Shown piece after piece: positions 8,690 to 19,277 of a stretch of 64,000 nt of DNA (the first letter of the stretch is position 1; every line of letters begins with the position of its first letter). Position numbers and translations under genes: made by a program. Source of the DNA: an uncultured delta proteobacterium (GTDB lineage: Bacteria > Myxococcota > Kuafuiibacteriia > Kuafuiibacteriales > Kuafuiibacteriaceae); assembly GCA_963803435.1 (NCBI GenBank), contig CAWDML010000007.1:384001-448000 (forward strand). The letters run 5' to 3'. Under the pieces are notes generated by a model that had not been told where the DNA came from, did no database searches, and worked only from the letters and a program-made list of their open reading frames with translations.

Positions 8690-10456
8690 TTACTCTTTTT
8701 CGGCCGGCGGAAAGGCACAGCGAAGGACCCGGCCTCCATCGACCAGCGGTCCGCTGATCCGGACCAGATCCGGTGCCTCGGGATAGCGGATCAGATCGAG
8801 CTCAGCACCGACGACCAGCGCCAGCCGTCCGTCGGGCGCCCAGCACCACGCCGCGCCGGGGGAAGTGTCGGCCAGGCGCGTGGTCGTGGAGGGCGACGCG
8901 TTCAGGTCGACCAGGTAGAACGCCGCGGTCTGGGACGCCTCGTCCTCCGCGCGGAAGAGCAGGCGCGACTCGTCCGGCGACAACCCGAAGGCGACGACCG
9001 ACTCGGTGGCGCCCAGCGCTGCGCTCAGCTCGACGGGTGCGGGCGGTGGCAACGTCACGACGTCGGCTTGGTAGAGACGCCGCACACCCGTGCTGGTCGC
9101 GATCGAGAAGATCAGCGACGCGCCGCCACCGGTCCAGACCTCGCTGATCACCGACTCTCCGGAGCTCAGCGCCATCACGCGATCGGGGCCTGGCGCCGTC
9201 GGGTCGACCACGAAGAGCTCGGGCTGCCCGGCTGTGTCGAGATCGGCCACCAGGGCGATCCGATCACCGGACGGGTTCCAGCGATACCGCACCACGCCGG
9301 CCGCTCCGGTCGGGAACGCACCGCTGACGGCCACCTGAGGTGGCGGGACGGGCTGCGAGAGATCGAGCACGAAGAGCTCGTTGAGGCCGTCGACGAGCGG
9401 GTCCGCGAAGAACGCCAGCTGGCTGGCGTCGGGCGAGAACTGGATGACGTCGTTGTCGACCTGGATCGCCACGTCGGCGGTGGCCGGGAACGCCGGGTGC
9501 ATTCGCTCGCGCGCGCCCAGGGTCGCGCCGTTCACATCCACGCGATACAGCTCGAAGACGCGGAGCGCGCTCTCGTCGGCGGAGTAGGCGAGCTGCGCCC
9601 CGTCCCCGGACCAGGCGACCTGGCCGCCGAAGCCCAGGTTGGCGCCGGGATTGACGCGCTCGCGGACCGGCTGGCCCGAGGAGAGATCGGCGAACCAAAG
9701 GTCGCGATCGTTCATCGACTGGATGATGTCGAAGTACGCGATCGATGGCGCGGTCGGCGACCAGAGCGAGGTGTTCGAGACGCCTTGGCTGAGCTCGATC
9801 GGCGACGGCGACGTCGAGGTGATGCTGGCGAGCCGCTGGCGCGAGCCGGTCTGACCGACCACGCCCTGATCGAACGCAATCCATCGGCCCGCCGGCGCGA
9901 GCGCGTACTGGAACACGTCGGAGCCCGGGTTGGACACACTCAGCTTCACCACGGGCCCCGGCCGCTTCCCCGGCGTGAACGCGTGGTAGAGCTCGAGCAG
10001 ACCGAAGGTGTCCTGCTGTGCGGCATAGACCAGGCCGGCGCCGTCGAGGGTCCACACGAAGCTGTCGAGCCCCGCGGTGTCCGGCTCCTTGTCCCCGCCC
10101 GCGGGCCCGCCGGCCAGCGGTAGGTTGACCTTGCGGACGGTGGTCGAGGACTCGGTGAGAAACAGCTCGACCAGCGTCTCACTCTCCGCGGTGGCGGAGT
10201 ACGCCACCACCACCGGCACCACCTCGTCTGCATCGGCGCCGGCGTCCGTCGACCCGTCCGCGGGAGCAGCGTCGGTGCCGGCGGCGTCCGCTTCGGCAGC
10301 GTCGGCGGGCGCCGCATCGGCGGCGGCACCCGAATCCCGCGCGCCGGCATCGAGGCCAGAATCCGGCGGACCGCTGTCGGAGACCTCTTCCTGGTTGGGA
10401 CAGCCGGAGGCGAGGAACAGGAGCGGGAGGAGGAGGCGCGGAGCGATGCGGGACAT
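8690..10456 (-). CDS. TolB-like/PD40 beta-propeller lipoprotein
   Basis: Lipobox ASGC, DAG-rich linker, repeated WSP/FSPD..LAF.AD....ELF. Confidence 0.8.
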   Translation of the reverse strand: MSRIAPRLLLPLLFLASGCPNQEEVSDSGPPDSGLDAGARDSGAAADAAPADAAEADAAGTDAAPADGSTDAGADADEVVPVVVAYSATAESETLVELFLTESSTTVRKVNLPLAGGPAGGDKEPDTAGLDSFVWTLDGAGLVYAAQQDTFGLLELYHAFTPGKRPGPVVKLSVSNPGSDVFQYALAPAGRWIAFDQGVVGQTGSRQRLASITSTSPSPIELSQGVSNTSLWSPTAPSIAYFDIIQSMNDRDLWFADLSSGQPVRERVNPGANLGFGGQVAWSGDGAQLAYSADESALRVFELYRVDVNGATLGARERMHPAFPATADVAIQVDNDVIQFSPDASQLAFFADPLVDGLNELFVLDLSQPVPPPQVAVSGAFPTGAAGVVRYRWNPSGDRIALVADLDTAGQPELFVVDPTAPGPDRVMALSSGESVISEVWTGGGASLIFSIATSTGVRRLYQADVVTLPPPAPVELSAALGATESVVAFGLSPDESRLLFRAEDEASQTAAFYLVDLNASPSTTTRLADTSPGAAWCWAPDGRLALVVGAELDLIRYPEAPDLVRISGPLVDGGRVLRCAFPPAEKE

Positions 10457-10554
10457 CCGGAGTGTCTAGAATGAACCGGGTGCAAGCGCCATCCCGAGGA
10501 AAGCACTGGCATACCCCGTGGCTCGCACTCTCGCGTCCGGCCCGCCACCGATCG

Positions 10555-11859
10555 TCAATCGAGCGCGATGATCGCCGCCTCGACGAGAGGCCACCAGTCG
10601 TTCTCCGCCTGGTTGAGCGTTCCGGTGAAGGTGATGTCTCGCTCGGGCCAGTAGTACATGAATGCGGTGCCGTAGCCATCGTGACCAAAGAGGGCGCCGA
10701 GGCCGTCGTCGAGTTGGAGCCGGTAGAGCCCGAGCCCGTAGCTCACGTCGACCGCGCCCGTTGGATGGGTGATGCGCATGGCGTCGAGCGAGGCCGGATC
10801 TCGGAAGAGATCGCCGCGCATCAGTCCCCGGATGAAGAGGGCGAGGTCTCGGCTGCTGCTGATGAGCCCGCCGCCCGCCCAGTCGGCGCTGAGGTGCGTG
10901 TGGCCGGTCATGTCCCAGTCGCCTTCGAAGCGGTGGGCTTCGGGATGACAGGAGACCGGGGGCTCGCGCGGCACCAGGTACGTCTCGGAGAGGCCGAGCG
11001 GCCGATAGATGCGTTCGCGATAGAAGTCGGCGAGCGCCATCCCGGTGTGCTGCTCGATGATCAGGCCGGCGAGAACGTAGCCGGTGTCCGCGTAGTGAAA
11101 GCCGGCGCCCGGTACGCCGATCGGATCGAGAGCGCGGGCGTAGTCGATGAGCTCCGACGGGGCAAAGAAGTGGTCGGGGTCGTCTTCGTACGCCGCCAGG
11201 AACGCGTTCTCGCCCTGGCGCACGAAGGGCGGGTCGTACCAGTAGTCCGGAAGGCCGGAGGTGTGATCGAGGAGCTGGCGCACGGTGATCTCGGGTCCGT
11301 AGTCGTGCCCGCCGATCACCAGGAGCCCGGTGACGACCTCGGCCGGCAGCAGGTCGCCGATCGGCGCGTCGAGATCGATGAGACCATCCTCCACCAGAAT
11401 GAGGACCGCGGCCGCAGTGAACGCCTTGGACGTGCTCGCGATGTGGAAGGTGTCGTCCGTGTCCATGCCGGAGGCGGTCTTGAGCAGGACCGTCTCGCCC
11501 TCGGCGATGCGGATGGTGCCACCGCCATGGCCGTCGTTCATCGCGACGCGCGCCGCGAGCGCGCCGACCAGCGGCTCGAGCACGGGGGCAGGCGTGGGCT
11601 CGCCCTCGCTCACGCACTCTGCATCCGGCGGGCTGCCGGAGTCCTCGAATCCGGCCGCGTCCACTGGTCCGCCCGCGTCCGCGGGCCTGGCGTCGATCCC
11701 GAGGTCCGCGCCGGACCCAGCGTCGCTCCCGAGCCCCGCGTCCATGCTCGGGGAGCCGGCGTCAGCGGTCGCGTCGAGGCCCTCCTCTCTTGGAACCTCA
11801 CGCGGGCCCGCGGGCGTGCACGCTGCGAGAAGGAGGACGCAGACAGTCGTCGGTCTCAC
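10555..11859 (-). CDS. Serine hydrolase (beta-lactamase class C / D-Ala-D-Ala peptidase family) lipoprotein
   Basis: SxxK ASTSK, LLDHTSGL, YADTGY, GHDG; lipobox LAAC. Confidence 0.88.
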   Translation of the reverse strand: MRPTTVCVLLLAACTPAGPREVPREEGLDATADAGSPSMDAGLGSDAGSGADLGIDARPADAGGPVDAAGFEDSGSPPDAECVSEGEPTPAPVLEPLVGALAARVAMNDGHGGGTIRIAEGETVLLKTASGMDTDDTFHIASTSKAFTAAAVLILVEDGLIDLDAPIGDLLPAEVVTGLLVIGGHDYGPEITVRQLLDHTSGLPDYWYDPPFVRQGENAFLAAYEDDPDHFFAPSELIDYARALDPIGVPGAGFHYADTGYVLAGLIIEQHTGMALADFYRERIYRPLGLSETYLVPREPPVSCHPEAHRFEGDWDMTGHTHLSADWAGGGLISSSRDLALFIRGLMRGDLFRDPASLDAMRITHPTGAVDVSYGLGLYRLQLDDGLGALFGHDGYGTAFMYYWPERDITFTGTLNQAENDWWPLVEAAIIALD

Positions 11860-12110
11860 CAGACCAGGTTAGACTTGGACCCGCCGCTCGATGTTCGCCC
11901 TCCTGCTGATGCTCGGTTGGGCTTCGACGCACCACCGCGATCACTCTAGGAGATCGAGCGCTCGCGAACACTGTGTCGCCGCCCGTGAGGACGGCCGGAC
12001 TGCCACCGGCATTACGGCGCCGCATCCGTGGTGTGTTCCGGCGAGCAAGGACGAGCGCCGGCCGTCGTACGGCGGAAGGCCTGACTCGGCGATGAGAGGC
12101 GCCTGATCAG

Positions 12111-12662
12111 CTACGGACGCCAGATGCGAAGGTTGAAGGCGCCCATGTCGTTCGGGTCGAGCGCGTCGACGACGATCGTGATCGGCTGGCCCGCCGTGAC
12201 CGACACGTCGAGGATCGAGGTGACGTCGCTCGGCGTGACGTCGTCGTTGCACGCGATCTCCGCGCCGGCGCACTCGCCGGCGAGCACGGTCAGCACCGAG
12301 TCGTAGGCGGTCTGGGCGGTGGAGATCCGCACCATGCCGGTCTGATCCGGCGTCCAGACGAACGCGATGTCCGGGCCCATGCTCCCGGCGCACGAGGCCT
12401 CGAACTCCGAGACCGCGCCGGTCGAGTCACCGTAGACCTGGATCGGCAGCGGGCCGACCAGCCGGGCTGCCGGGCAGGGCCCGATCACCTGCGCTGCGTC
12501 CGTGGCCGCTGCGTCTGAGCTGCCCGCGTCGGCGACCATCACGCCGCTATCCTGCGGCGGCGTGCCTGCATCCGTCCGCGGCGAACCTCCCGGCGGTTCA
12601 GGGGCCCCACACGCGAGCGTGAAGAGAGTGAGGAGCATCAATCCGGTCTTCTTCTGGAGCAT
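12111..12662 (-). CDS. Small lipoprotein with PPC-like beta-sandwich domain
   Basis: MLQKK..LACG; YDSVL.VL.G.C...EIACNDD motif typical of myxobacterial lipoproteins. Confidence 0.7.
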   Translation of the reverse strand: MLQKKTGLMLLTLFTLACGAPEPPGGSPRTDAGTPPQDSGVMVADAGSSDAAATDAAQVIGPCPAARLVGPLPIQVYGDSTGAVSEFEASCAGSMGPDIAFVWTPDQTGMVRISTAQTAYDSVLTVLAGECAGAEIACNDDVTPSDVTSILDVSVTAGQPITIVVDALDPNDMGAFNLRIWRP

Positions 12663-12699
12663 CGGGGCGACGATGCGTTGGGGGCGGGGGCGGGACGAC

Positions 12700-13479
12700 T
12701 TAATCAGGCTTAATCTGAGGTCCTCGATCTCGAAGCTGCGAAGGCGTGAGGCCGGTGACACGCCGGATCGTGCGCGTCATGTGGCTCTGATCCGCGAACC
12801 CGACCCGGGTTGCGACCTCGCTCAGCGGGAGGTCCTGCTTCATCAGCGCGAGCGCTGCCTCCACCCGCGCCATCCGGACCGCCTCTCCTACCGAGCAGCC
12901 GTAGGTACGGCGGAAGTCGCGCCCGAGGTACACCGGATGCACGCCGATCTCCTGAGCGATCCCAGAGAGCGACAGACGCTCGGTCGCGCGATGACGGATC
13001 AGCTCCATCGCGCGCACCGCGCATCGGGCGAACGTCGCCGCCGGCGTGCGGCGGGTGGATGTCACGAAGAGCTCCGAGGCGAGGCCTTCGATCGAGAGCA
13101 TCGAGCACTCGTCTGCGTCTCGCCACTCGCGGGCGAGGCGCCGCACGAGCCGGTGCGTGAGCGGTTCGAAGCGATCCAGAGGGCGGGCCGGCCCGGTGTC
13201 CGGTAGCTCCTCGATCAATTCCAAATGGAGGCAGCAGGCCTCGGCGTGGAAGATCGAGCGGTGGTCTTCACTCGCCGGGTGGAAGGTGAGCGCGCCGCGC
13301 GCGCGCTCGCGCAGCGAGATCGGCCAGCTCTCGGAGTAGGTCCCGAAGAGCAGCAGGCAGAAACGCGGGGCGTCGTGGCTGTGCCGAGGCAGCTCGAGCC
13401 CGGCCGGATATCGCTTCTCGGTGACTCGGATCGGCCCGCACTCCGCGGTCCGGATCGAGCTCCCGTGAAGGCCCGGCAC
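12700..13479 (-). CDS. AraC-family transcriptional regulator (cupin + HTH)
   Basis: PRHSH cupin; IA.EIGVHPVYLGRDFRR, VA.RVGFADQSHMTR; start uncertain. Confidence 0.9.
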   Translation of the reverse strand: MPGLHGSSIRTAECGPIRVTEKRYPAGLELPRHSHDAPRFCLLLFGTYSESWPISLRERARGALTFHPASEDHRSIFHAEACCLHLELIEELPDTGPARPLDRFEPLTHRLVRRLAREWRDADECSMLSIEGLASELFVTSTRRTPAATFARCAVRAMELIRHRATERLSLSGIAQEIGVHPVYLGRDFRRTYGCSVGEAVRMARVEAALALMKQDLPLSEVATRVGFADQSHMTRTIRRVTGLTPSQLRDRGPQIKPD

Positions 13480-13546
13480 GCTCGGAGAGTAGCATAGGTT
13501 CGGTGCGTTCAAGACGCGTCGCACCGAGCTCCGCTACGCTCGCGAC

Positions 13547-15463
13547 ATGCTCGTCCCACTCCTCGCAGTGTTGATCGCGGCGCAGCCCGACCCTTGCCAG
13601 GACTTCTACGACTACGCCTGCAACGAGTGGTTGGCGGAGAATCCGCGACCGCCGGAGCTCCCCACCTGGTCGGTGTACGGGACGATGCAGCGCCGCACGA
13701 GCGAGCTGGTGCACGGCCTGCTCGAGCGAGCGGCCAAGCCGGGACGGAAGCGACCTATCGAACGCCAGGTGGGCGACTTCTTCGCCTCCTGCACCGACGA
13801 GGAGCGGATCGACGCGCTCGGCCTGGCGCCGATCCAACCGCTGCTCGACCGCATCGCGAAGATCGCGACACGGGCGGATCTCGCCCGCATGATGGGAGAG
13901 ATTGACCGCCTCGATGCGTCCGTGCTCTTCTCGTTCTACTCCTCGCCGAACCCTACCAACCCCGGCCGCTTCGTGGCGGACCTGCACGACGCAGGACGCA
14001 CGGTGGAAGCGCGCAGCTTCTATCTCGAGGCGTCGGAACAGTCGAAGCGCGACGCGCTCGCCGGGCACCTCGAGCGGATCTTCGCGATCCTCGGTCACTC
14101 GAAGACGCTGGCAGCCTCCGAGGCGCGAGCCGTGCTTCGCCTGGAGACGGAGCTGACCAAGGTGGCCCTCGCTCCGGTGGAGCTTCAGGAGGCCGAACGG
14201 CTCGCGTCGCTTTATCCGCTCCGCGAGGTGGAGCGGGCCACCGCGCACTTCGACTGGGCGGCGTACCGGAAGGCGCGAGGGGCGCCGCGGCCTCGCGTCG
14301 TGCGCGTACCGGGCTTCGCGCGTCTCCCCGACCTCGACGCGCTGCTCGCTACGACTCCGCTGGAGGACTGGCGGGCGCTCCTCACCTGGTCGGCGATCCG
14401 CGCGCTGGGGCCGATGCTGCCGCGCGCGCTCCGCGACGAGCGCTTCCGCTTCTCCTCCACCTTCATGCGCGGGGTCACGGAGCAGCCCCCGCGCTGGCGG
14501 ACCTGCGTGGCCCTCGCGGACCGCATCCTCGCCTTCGCCGTCGGCAAGCTCTACGTGGACGCCGCCTTCCCCACCTCCGGGAAGAAGCGCGCCTCGGAGA
14601 TCGCGGAGCGCCTCCGCGCCACCATGGAACGGTCGATCGAAGGCGCCGACTGGCTGGCCGCACCGACGCGCAAGCAGGCCCTCAAAAAGCTCAAAGCGAT
14701 CCGCTTCAAGCTCGCCTACCCTGAGCGCTGGCGTGACTACGCCGAGCTGAAGATCCACCGCGGTGACGCGCTCGGAAACTGGAGCCGAGGGCTTCAGCAT
14801 GAAGATCGGCGGCTGATGTCGCGCATCGAGCAGAGGGTCGATCGCAGCGAGTGGTTCGATCCACCCACGCAGCTCAATGGCTCCAACCAGGAGTTCAACT
14901 CGATCCTCTTCAGCGCGGCGATCCTGCAGCCTCCCTTCTTCGATCCCGCCGGTGATCCGGCCGCGATGTACGGCGCGTTCGGCGCCGTGCTCGGCCACGA
15001 GATCACGCACAGCTTCGACAACGACGGCCGATACCGGGATGAACGCGACACCACGCGCAACTGGTGGACCGACGAGGACGCCGAGTCCTTCGAGGCGCGC
15101 ACCGCCTGCTACCAGCGCCAGTACTCCGGCTATTCGGTCGCCGGCCATCCGCTCGACGGCCGCCTGACGCTCGCCGAGAACATCGCCGACAACGGGGGCC
15201 TCGCGCTCGGCTACCGCGCGTTTCACGCGCTCGAGCCCAGAGAGGATCTCGATGCGGACCGGCGCTTGTTCCGCGCCTGGGGCCTGATCCGCTGCACGCA
15301 CTACACGGACCAGGAGCAGATCGATTGGCTGGGGACCGACCCTCACTCGCCCGGCCGGTTCCGCGTGAACGGCGTCGTCTCCAACATGCCGGAGTTCGCG
15401 CGGGCCTTCGGCTGCAAGGCGGACGATCCGATGGTGCGCGCCCAGCCGTGCCGGCTCTGGTGA
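13547..15463 (+). CDS. M13 (neprilysin/PepO-type) metallopeptidase
   Basis: DPCQDFYDYACNEW, LQPPFF, GHEITH, ENIADNGG, DPHSPGRFRVNG. Confidence 0.93.
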   Translation: MLVPLLAVLIAAQPDPCQDFYDYACNEWLAENPRPPELPTWSVYGTMQRRTSELVHGLLERAAKPGRKRPIERQVGDFFASCTDEERIDALGLAPIQPLLDRIAKIATRADLARMMGEIDRLDASVLFSFYSSPNPTNPGRFVADLHDAGRTVEARSFYLEASEQSKRDALAGHLERIFAILGHSKTLAASEARAVLRLETELTKVALAPVELQEAERLASLYPLREVERATAHFDWAAYRKARGAPRPRVVRVPGFARLPDLDALLATTPLEDWRALLTWSAIRALGPMLPRALRDERFRFSSTFMRGVTEQPPRWRTCVALADRILAFAVGKLYVDAAFPTSGKKRASEIAERLRATMERSIEGADWLAAPTRKQALKKLKAIRFKLAYPERWRDYAELKIHRGDALGNWSRGLQHEDRRLMSRIEQRVDRSEWFDPPTQLNGSNQEFNSILFSAAILQPPFFDPAGDPAAMYGAFGAVLGHEITHSFDNDGRYRDERDTTRNWWTDEDAESFEARTACYQRQYSGYSVAGHPLDGRLTLAENIADNGGLALGYRAFHALEPREDLDADRRLFRAWGLIRCTHYTDQEQIDWLGTDPHSPGRFRVNGVVSNMPEFARAFGCKADDPMVRAQPCRLW

Positions 15464-15772
15464 GCGCCCAGCCTTCCTCGCGGCTTCCTCCACGTTTGCG
15501 CTGGGCCGTTCGCCGACGGTGGCGAGCGCGCGCGGCTCCTGACGGCCGACTACATCGGGCAGTGCTTCCACGTCGACCATCGCCTGCGACGCTCCGAAGC
15601 CGGCCGTCGCATCGACTACGCCGAGGCCAACGCTGACGGGATCGCGGCAGCCTTGCGACCACCGGAAGGCCACTCGATCGCCTCCCAGCCGATCAAACTC
15701 TCGCAGCGGAGGCGCGACATGAGTGACGGTCAGCTTCCACGACACGTACGTGTGCGGCGTTCCTGAGAGCGG

Positions 15773-17123
15773 CTACGCGTCTCCGTCATCGATCTCCGCG
15801 ATCAGCGACCGCCACTCGGTCGGCTCCGGGTCGACGTTCTCGGTGGGTGGATCGGTGGGGTGCTCCGTCTTGGGCTCATCCAGCTTCGGCCATGGATCGA
15901 GCACCATCTGCGACGCTTCCACGAGCTGCGGCGGCGGAGTTTGCTTCTTCTTCGGTGCGTCGGGATCGACGCGCGGGGCCCGCAGATGGAGCCTGGCCTC
16001 GGCGAGGGAGGGGCGCCGCGGCGGATTCGATCGGCGACTCCCGGCCCATCTCCCCGGCGCGGATGGTGGCCAGGAACGCAGCCTCGTCGAAGCGCTCCTT
16101 GGAGCCCTCGAAGACGTCTCGCTCGTTGGCCGGCTCGGCCTCGAGGACTGTGATCAGCTCCCGCTCGTCGAAAGCACCGGAGGCGAGCTTGCGCATGATC
16201 TCCTTGCGGGCCGCGATCTCGCGCCCGAACAGCTGCTCCATCGAGGCGGCCAGTTGGGCGCGCGCCTTCACCGCCGAGCCCTTCAGGTAGGAGCTGAGCG
16301 CGAAGTGCATCTCTTCGGCCGTCTGATATCGATCGGCGGGATCGGTGGCGAGCGCCTTCGCGCAGATCGCGTCGAGGCCGGGATCGACGTCCGGCCGCAG
16401 CTCCGACAGGCGCGGATGGACGTCGAGCTTGGAGGCAGCCAGCTCCTCCAGGGCGAGGTTCTCCTTCGAGGCACCGGCCAGGGACTCGAACAGGACCTCG
16501 CCGAGAGCGTAGACATCCGCACGCCGGTCCGGCGCCCGACCTTGGATCTGCTCCGGCGCCATGTAGCGGAAGCTGCCCTTGATGATCCCGGTCTCGGTGG
16601 AGTCAGGCGACAGGTTTGACTTGCCGGTCGCGAAGTCGATGATCCTCGGGCGGACGTGATCGTCGATCAGGATGTTGTTCGACGAGATGCCGCGGTGGAC
16701 GATGTGGTACGGCCCTTCGGGTCCTCGCTGCTCGTGGGCGTCGTGCAGGCCCTCGCAGAGCTCCGCGATCACCTGCACCACCACGTGGGCCGGGAGCGGC
16801 TCGGGAAGGCGCGGGCTCCCGGCGAGGATCGTCTCCCAGGTTTCGCCGGTGACGTACTCCATCGTGAGGTAATAGACGCCCCGCTCCCGCCCGAACGACT
16901 CGACGCCGACGCACGCTGGGTGGTTGAGCTTGGCAGCGAGCTTGGCGGCTGCGGCGAACGCGCCCCTCGCGCGCTCGTCGGCGCAGAGCTCCGGGTTGAG
17001 CGTCTTCAAGCAAACGACGCGTTGAAACCCGGCGGCGCCGAGCCGCAGCGCGAGGAAGGTCTGGGTCGATCGGCTCGCGGAGATGCGGACCAGCCCGCGG
17101 AACGAGCCGAACGTGAACGGCAT
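15773..17123 (-). CDS. Ser/Thr kinase-like protein (probable pseudokinase); C-terminal tail probably frameshifted near 16010
   Basis: Kinase fold with HRGISSNN, DFA, YMAPEQ, no Gly loop; a Pro/acidic tail (DAPKKKQTPPP...IAEIDDGDA) continues in another frame to TAG at 15773. Confidence 0.75.
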
Positions 17124-17189
17124 CCGGGGATGATACGCGCGGGAGGTGCTCGGGCCTAGGAGCGTGTAGCGCGTAGCGCTACCGCGAGC

Positions 17190-17222
17190 CCGGTCCGGGT
17201 CCCGGTCCCGGTCCCGGTCCCG
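17190..17222. repeat. Hexamer tandem repeat (CCGGTC)n downstream of four-helix-bundle gene
   Basis: ccggtccgggtcccggtcccggtcccggtcccg. Confidence 0.75.
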
Positions 17223-17229
17223 ATGGCGA

Positions 17230-17611
17230 TCATGCAGCCCGGCGTGCGTTCATCGACTTGATGAGGCGCGTGAGCCTCTCGACAACGCGCTTGAGCTTGG
17301 CTCTGGCGGCTTGGACCTTCTGCTCGTTGGCGAGTCGGCGCCTCAAGCAGGTGTGGAGTGAGGCGGCGCTTTCGGTGCCAGAGCGAAGTGCCATCCGGTA
17401 GAAGCGAGCGGTAGAAGCGAGCCTTCTCAGGTGGATTGAACTCTCCGGCGCCCTCGGCGGTGTTGTTCACGATGGAATCGGATGCCCGCCGAAGCTGATC
17501 GCGGACGTGAGCGTGACCGGGTTGCAGTTCTTGTGCGATCTCTTCAGCGATGTCGGCCTACTCGACGGCGAGCTGGTAGACCTCGAGCTTCTCGTGATCG
17601 AAAGTGACCAT
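17230..17611 (-). pseudogene. Four-helix-bundle protein (23S rRNA IVP / TIGR02436-like), inactivated
   Basis: MVTFDHEKLEVYQLAVE*..VRDQLRRASDSIVNNTAEG.G; in-frame TAG at 17558-17560; 13-bp tandem duplication GGTAGAAGCGAGC (17397-17422), whose removal restores KARFYRMALRSGTESAA..LTRLIKS. Confidence 0.8.
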
Positions 17612-17629
17612 GCAAGCTAGCTTGCGGTA

Positions 17630-18744
17630 GCTCGTCCACTTTGACCAGCAGAAGTTCTTGGAGGTTGGCTCCCAGAAAATCATCTCGCGTACTTCGTCTT
17701 GGACGTCGTCGACGAGGTAGAGCTGAGCGCGATCGAGATCTCGATCCAGTCCAAGGACCGTACTCGCCTCGAATGATGATCGCGCTGCTTCTGTACGCCT
17801 ACTGCACCGGCATCTATTCGTCGCGGAGGATCGCGCGGGCGACCTACCAAGACATTCCATTCCGGGTGCTGGCTGGAGAAAGTCATCCCCACTTCACGAC
17901 GATCAACGAGTTTCGGCTCGTCCACCTGGAGGCACTGAAAGCGCTCTTCCTCGAAGTCCTGAAGCTTTGCCAGAAAGCAGGTTTGGTGCGGCTCGGACAC
18001 GTCGCACTCGATGGCTCGAAGGTGCAGGCGAACGCGAGCAAGCACAAGGCGATGACCTACGAGCGGATGGCCGAGGAGGAGAAGCGGCTGTCTCTCGAGA
18101 TCGAAGAACTGCTGGAGCGAGCGCGCACGATCGACCAAGAGGAAGACGAGCGGCTGGGCGTTGAGAGACTGAAGAGGACATCCCAGCGGAGCTCGCTCGC
18201 CGTGAATCCCGCCTTGCCCGCATTCGAGAAGCGAAGGCTGCGCTGGAACAGGATGCCGCCAGGGCTCGCGCGGAGAAATTGCGCAGGCAAGCCGAAGAGC
18301 AGCAGAGCAAAGCGGATGATGCTCTTGTGGATCGGGTGGAGCAGAAGCGAGCGAGAACTCGAGCCGAGAAGGCAAGAGCGCAGGCTGACCAGCTCGAACC
18401 ATCCCCAGACCCAACTGAACGAAATGATGGATGGCCGCATCATCGCGTTCCTGCAAATGTGGACGGCACACCGAGGCCCAACGCTCAGAGGAACTTCACC
18501 GACTCAGACGGCAGGATCATGTTGAAGGAGGGAGCGTACCTCCAGGCCTACAATGCCCAAGTTGTCGTAGATGAGCACGCTCAGGTGAGTGTCGCCGAAG
18601 GGGTCAGCAACCAGGCACCTGATCAGCAACACCTCGTCCCGATGCTCCGTGATGTGTTCGGCAACTGCGGCGATGCTCCGCGGAAGATGACGGCAGACAA
18701 CGGCTATCTGAGCGCGACCAACATCGAATTCTGCGACAACAATC
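17630..18744 (+). pseudogene. IS1182 transposase, 5' part (frameshifted)
   Basis: LPENHLAYFV, PYSPRMMIALLLYAY..GIYSSRRIA, ALDGSKVQANASKHKAM, NFTDSDGRIM, YNAQ, ADNGY. Confidence 0.88.
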
Positions 18745-18818
18745 GTAAGCAGTGCATGAACGGGCCCTGACGTCCGTCGCGGGCGACGCCTAGGTTGTCC
18801 TCCAAGGAGGTCAACCGA

Positions 18819-19277
18819 ATGCAGAAGAAGAAGCAGTCGAGCCCGGCCCGTTCAGGGCGGCGAGGGAGCTCGCGAAGCGTCGATGGCTCGTCGGTGCTCG
18901 CTGAGCTGGCGGGCCGCTATGCCCGGTTTCGCCGGGAGCATCCGCGGGGAGCGCGGATTCCGAGCGACCTGCGAGCGTCAACGCTGGCGGCATTGGAGAA
19001 GGGGGTGGCGGCGAGCGAACTCTATCGGAGCTGCGGTGTCTCGTGGAGCCAGGTCGTAACGTGGCAGCTGGGGCATCGGTCGTCGGCAGATCAGGCCGCG
19101 AAGGGAGACGTGGAGCCCGCAGTCGTGCGCGCCTTCTCCGTTGCGGATGGGCACGACGGTGGAGCGCCCGTGCTTTCGGTGAGCCATGAGCTCGAGCTTC
19201 GCCTTGGCTGCTGGTCTATCACCGTGCGGCTCGCCGAGTCCGATCGGACCGAAGGAGACGGAGCATGCTTCCGGTGA
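18819..19277 (+). CDS. tnpA: IS66 TnpA-like accessory protein
   Basis: AAGGAGG RBS at 18804-18810; RIPSDLR..HTH..W; first ORF in IS66, overlaps tnpB. Confidence 0.72.
   Translation: MQKKKQSSPARSGRRGSSRSVDGSSVLAELAGRYARFRREHPRGARIPSDLRASTLAALEKGVAASELYRSCGVSWSQVVTWQLGHRSSADQAAKGDVEPAVVRAFSVADGHDGGAPVLSVSHELELRLGCWSITVRLAESDRTEGDGACFR

Noticed and set aside
13497-13515. GGTT...CGTTCAAGAC as AraC binding site between araC and the M13 peptidase gene
   Set aside because: Plausible position, but a single copy in the window gives no internal support.
5429-15745. Long antisense ORFs (5429-7561, 7802-10123, 13268-15745; likewise 42005-44185 and 55389-57455)
   Set aside because: Shadow frames of GC-rich genes on the opposite strand, with no recognisable motifs.
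17558-17560. Pyrrolysine or amber readthrough in the four-helix-bundle gene
   Set aside because: The same gene has a frameshifting duplication and lies in a decayed IS, so a nonsense mutation is simpler.
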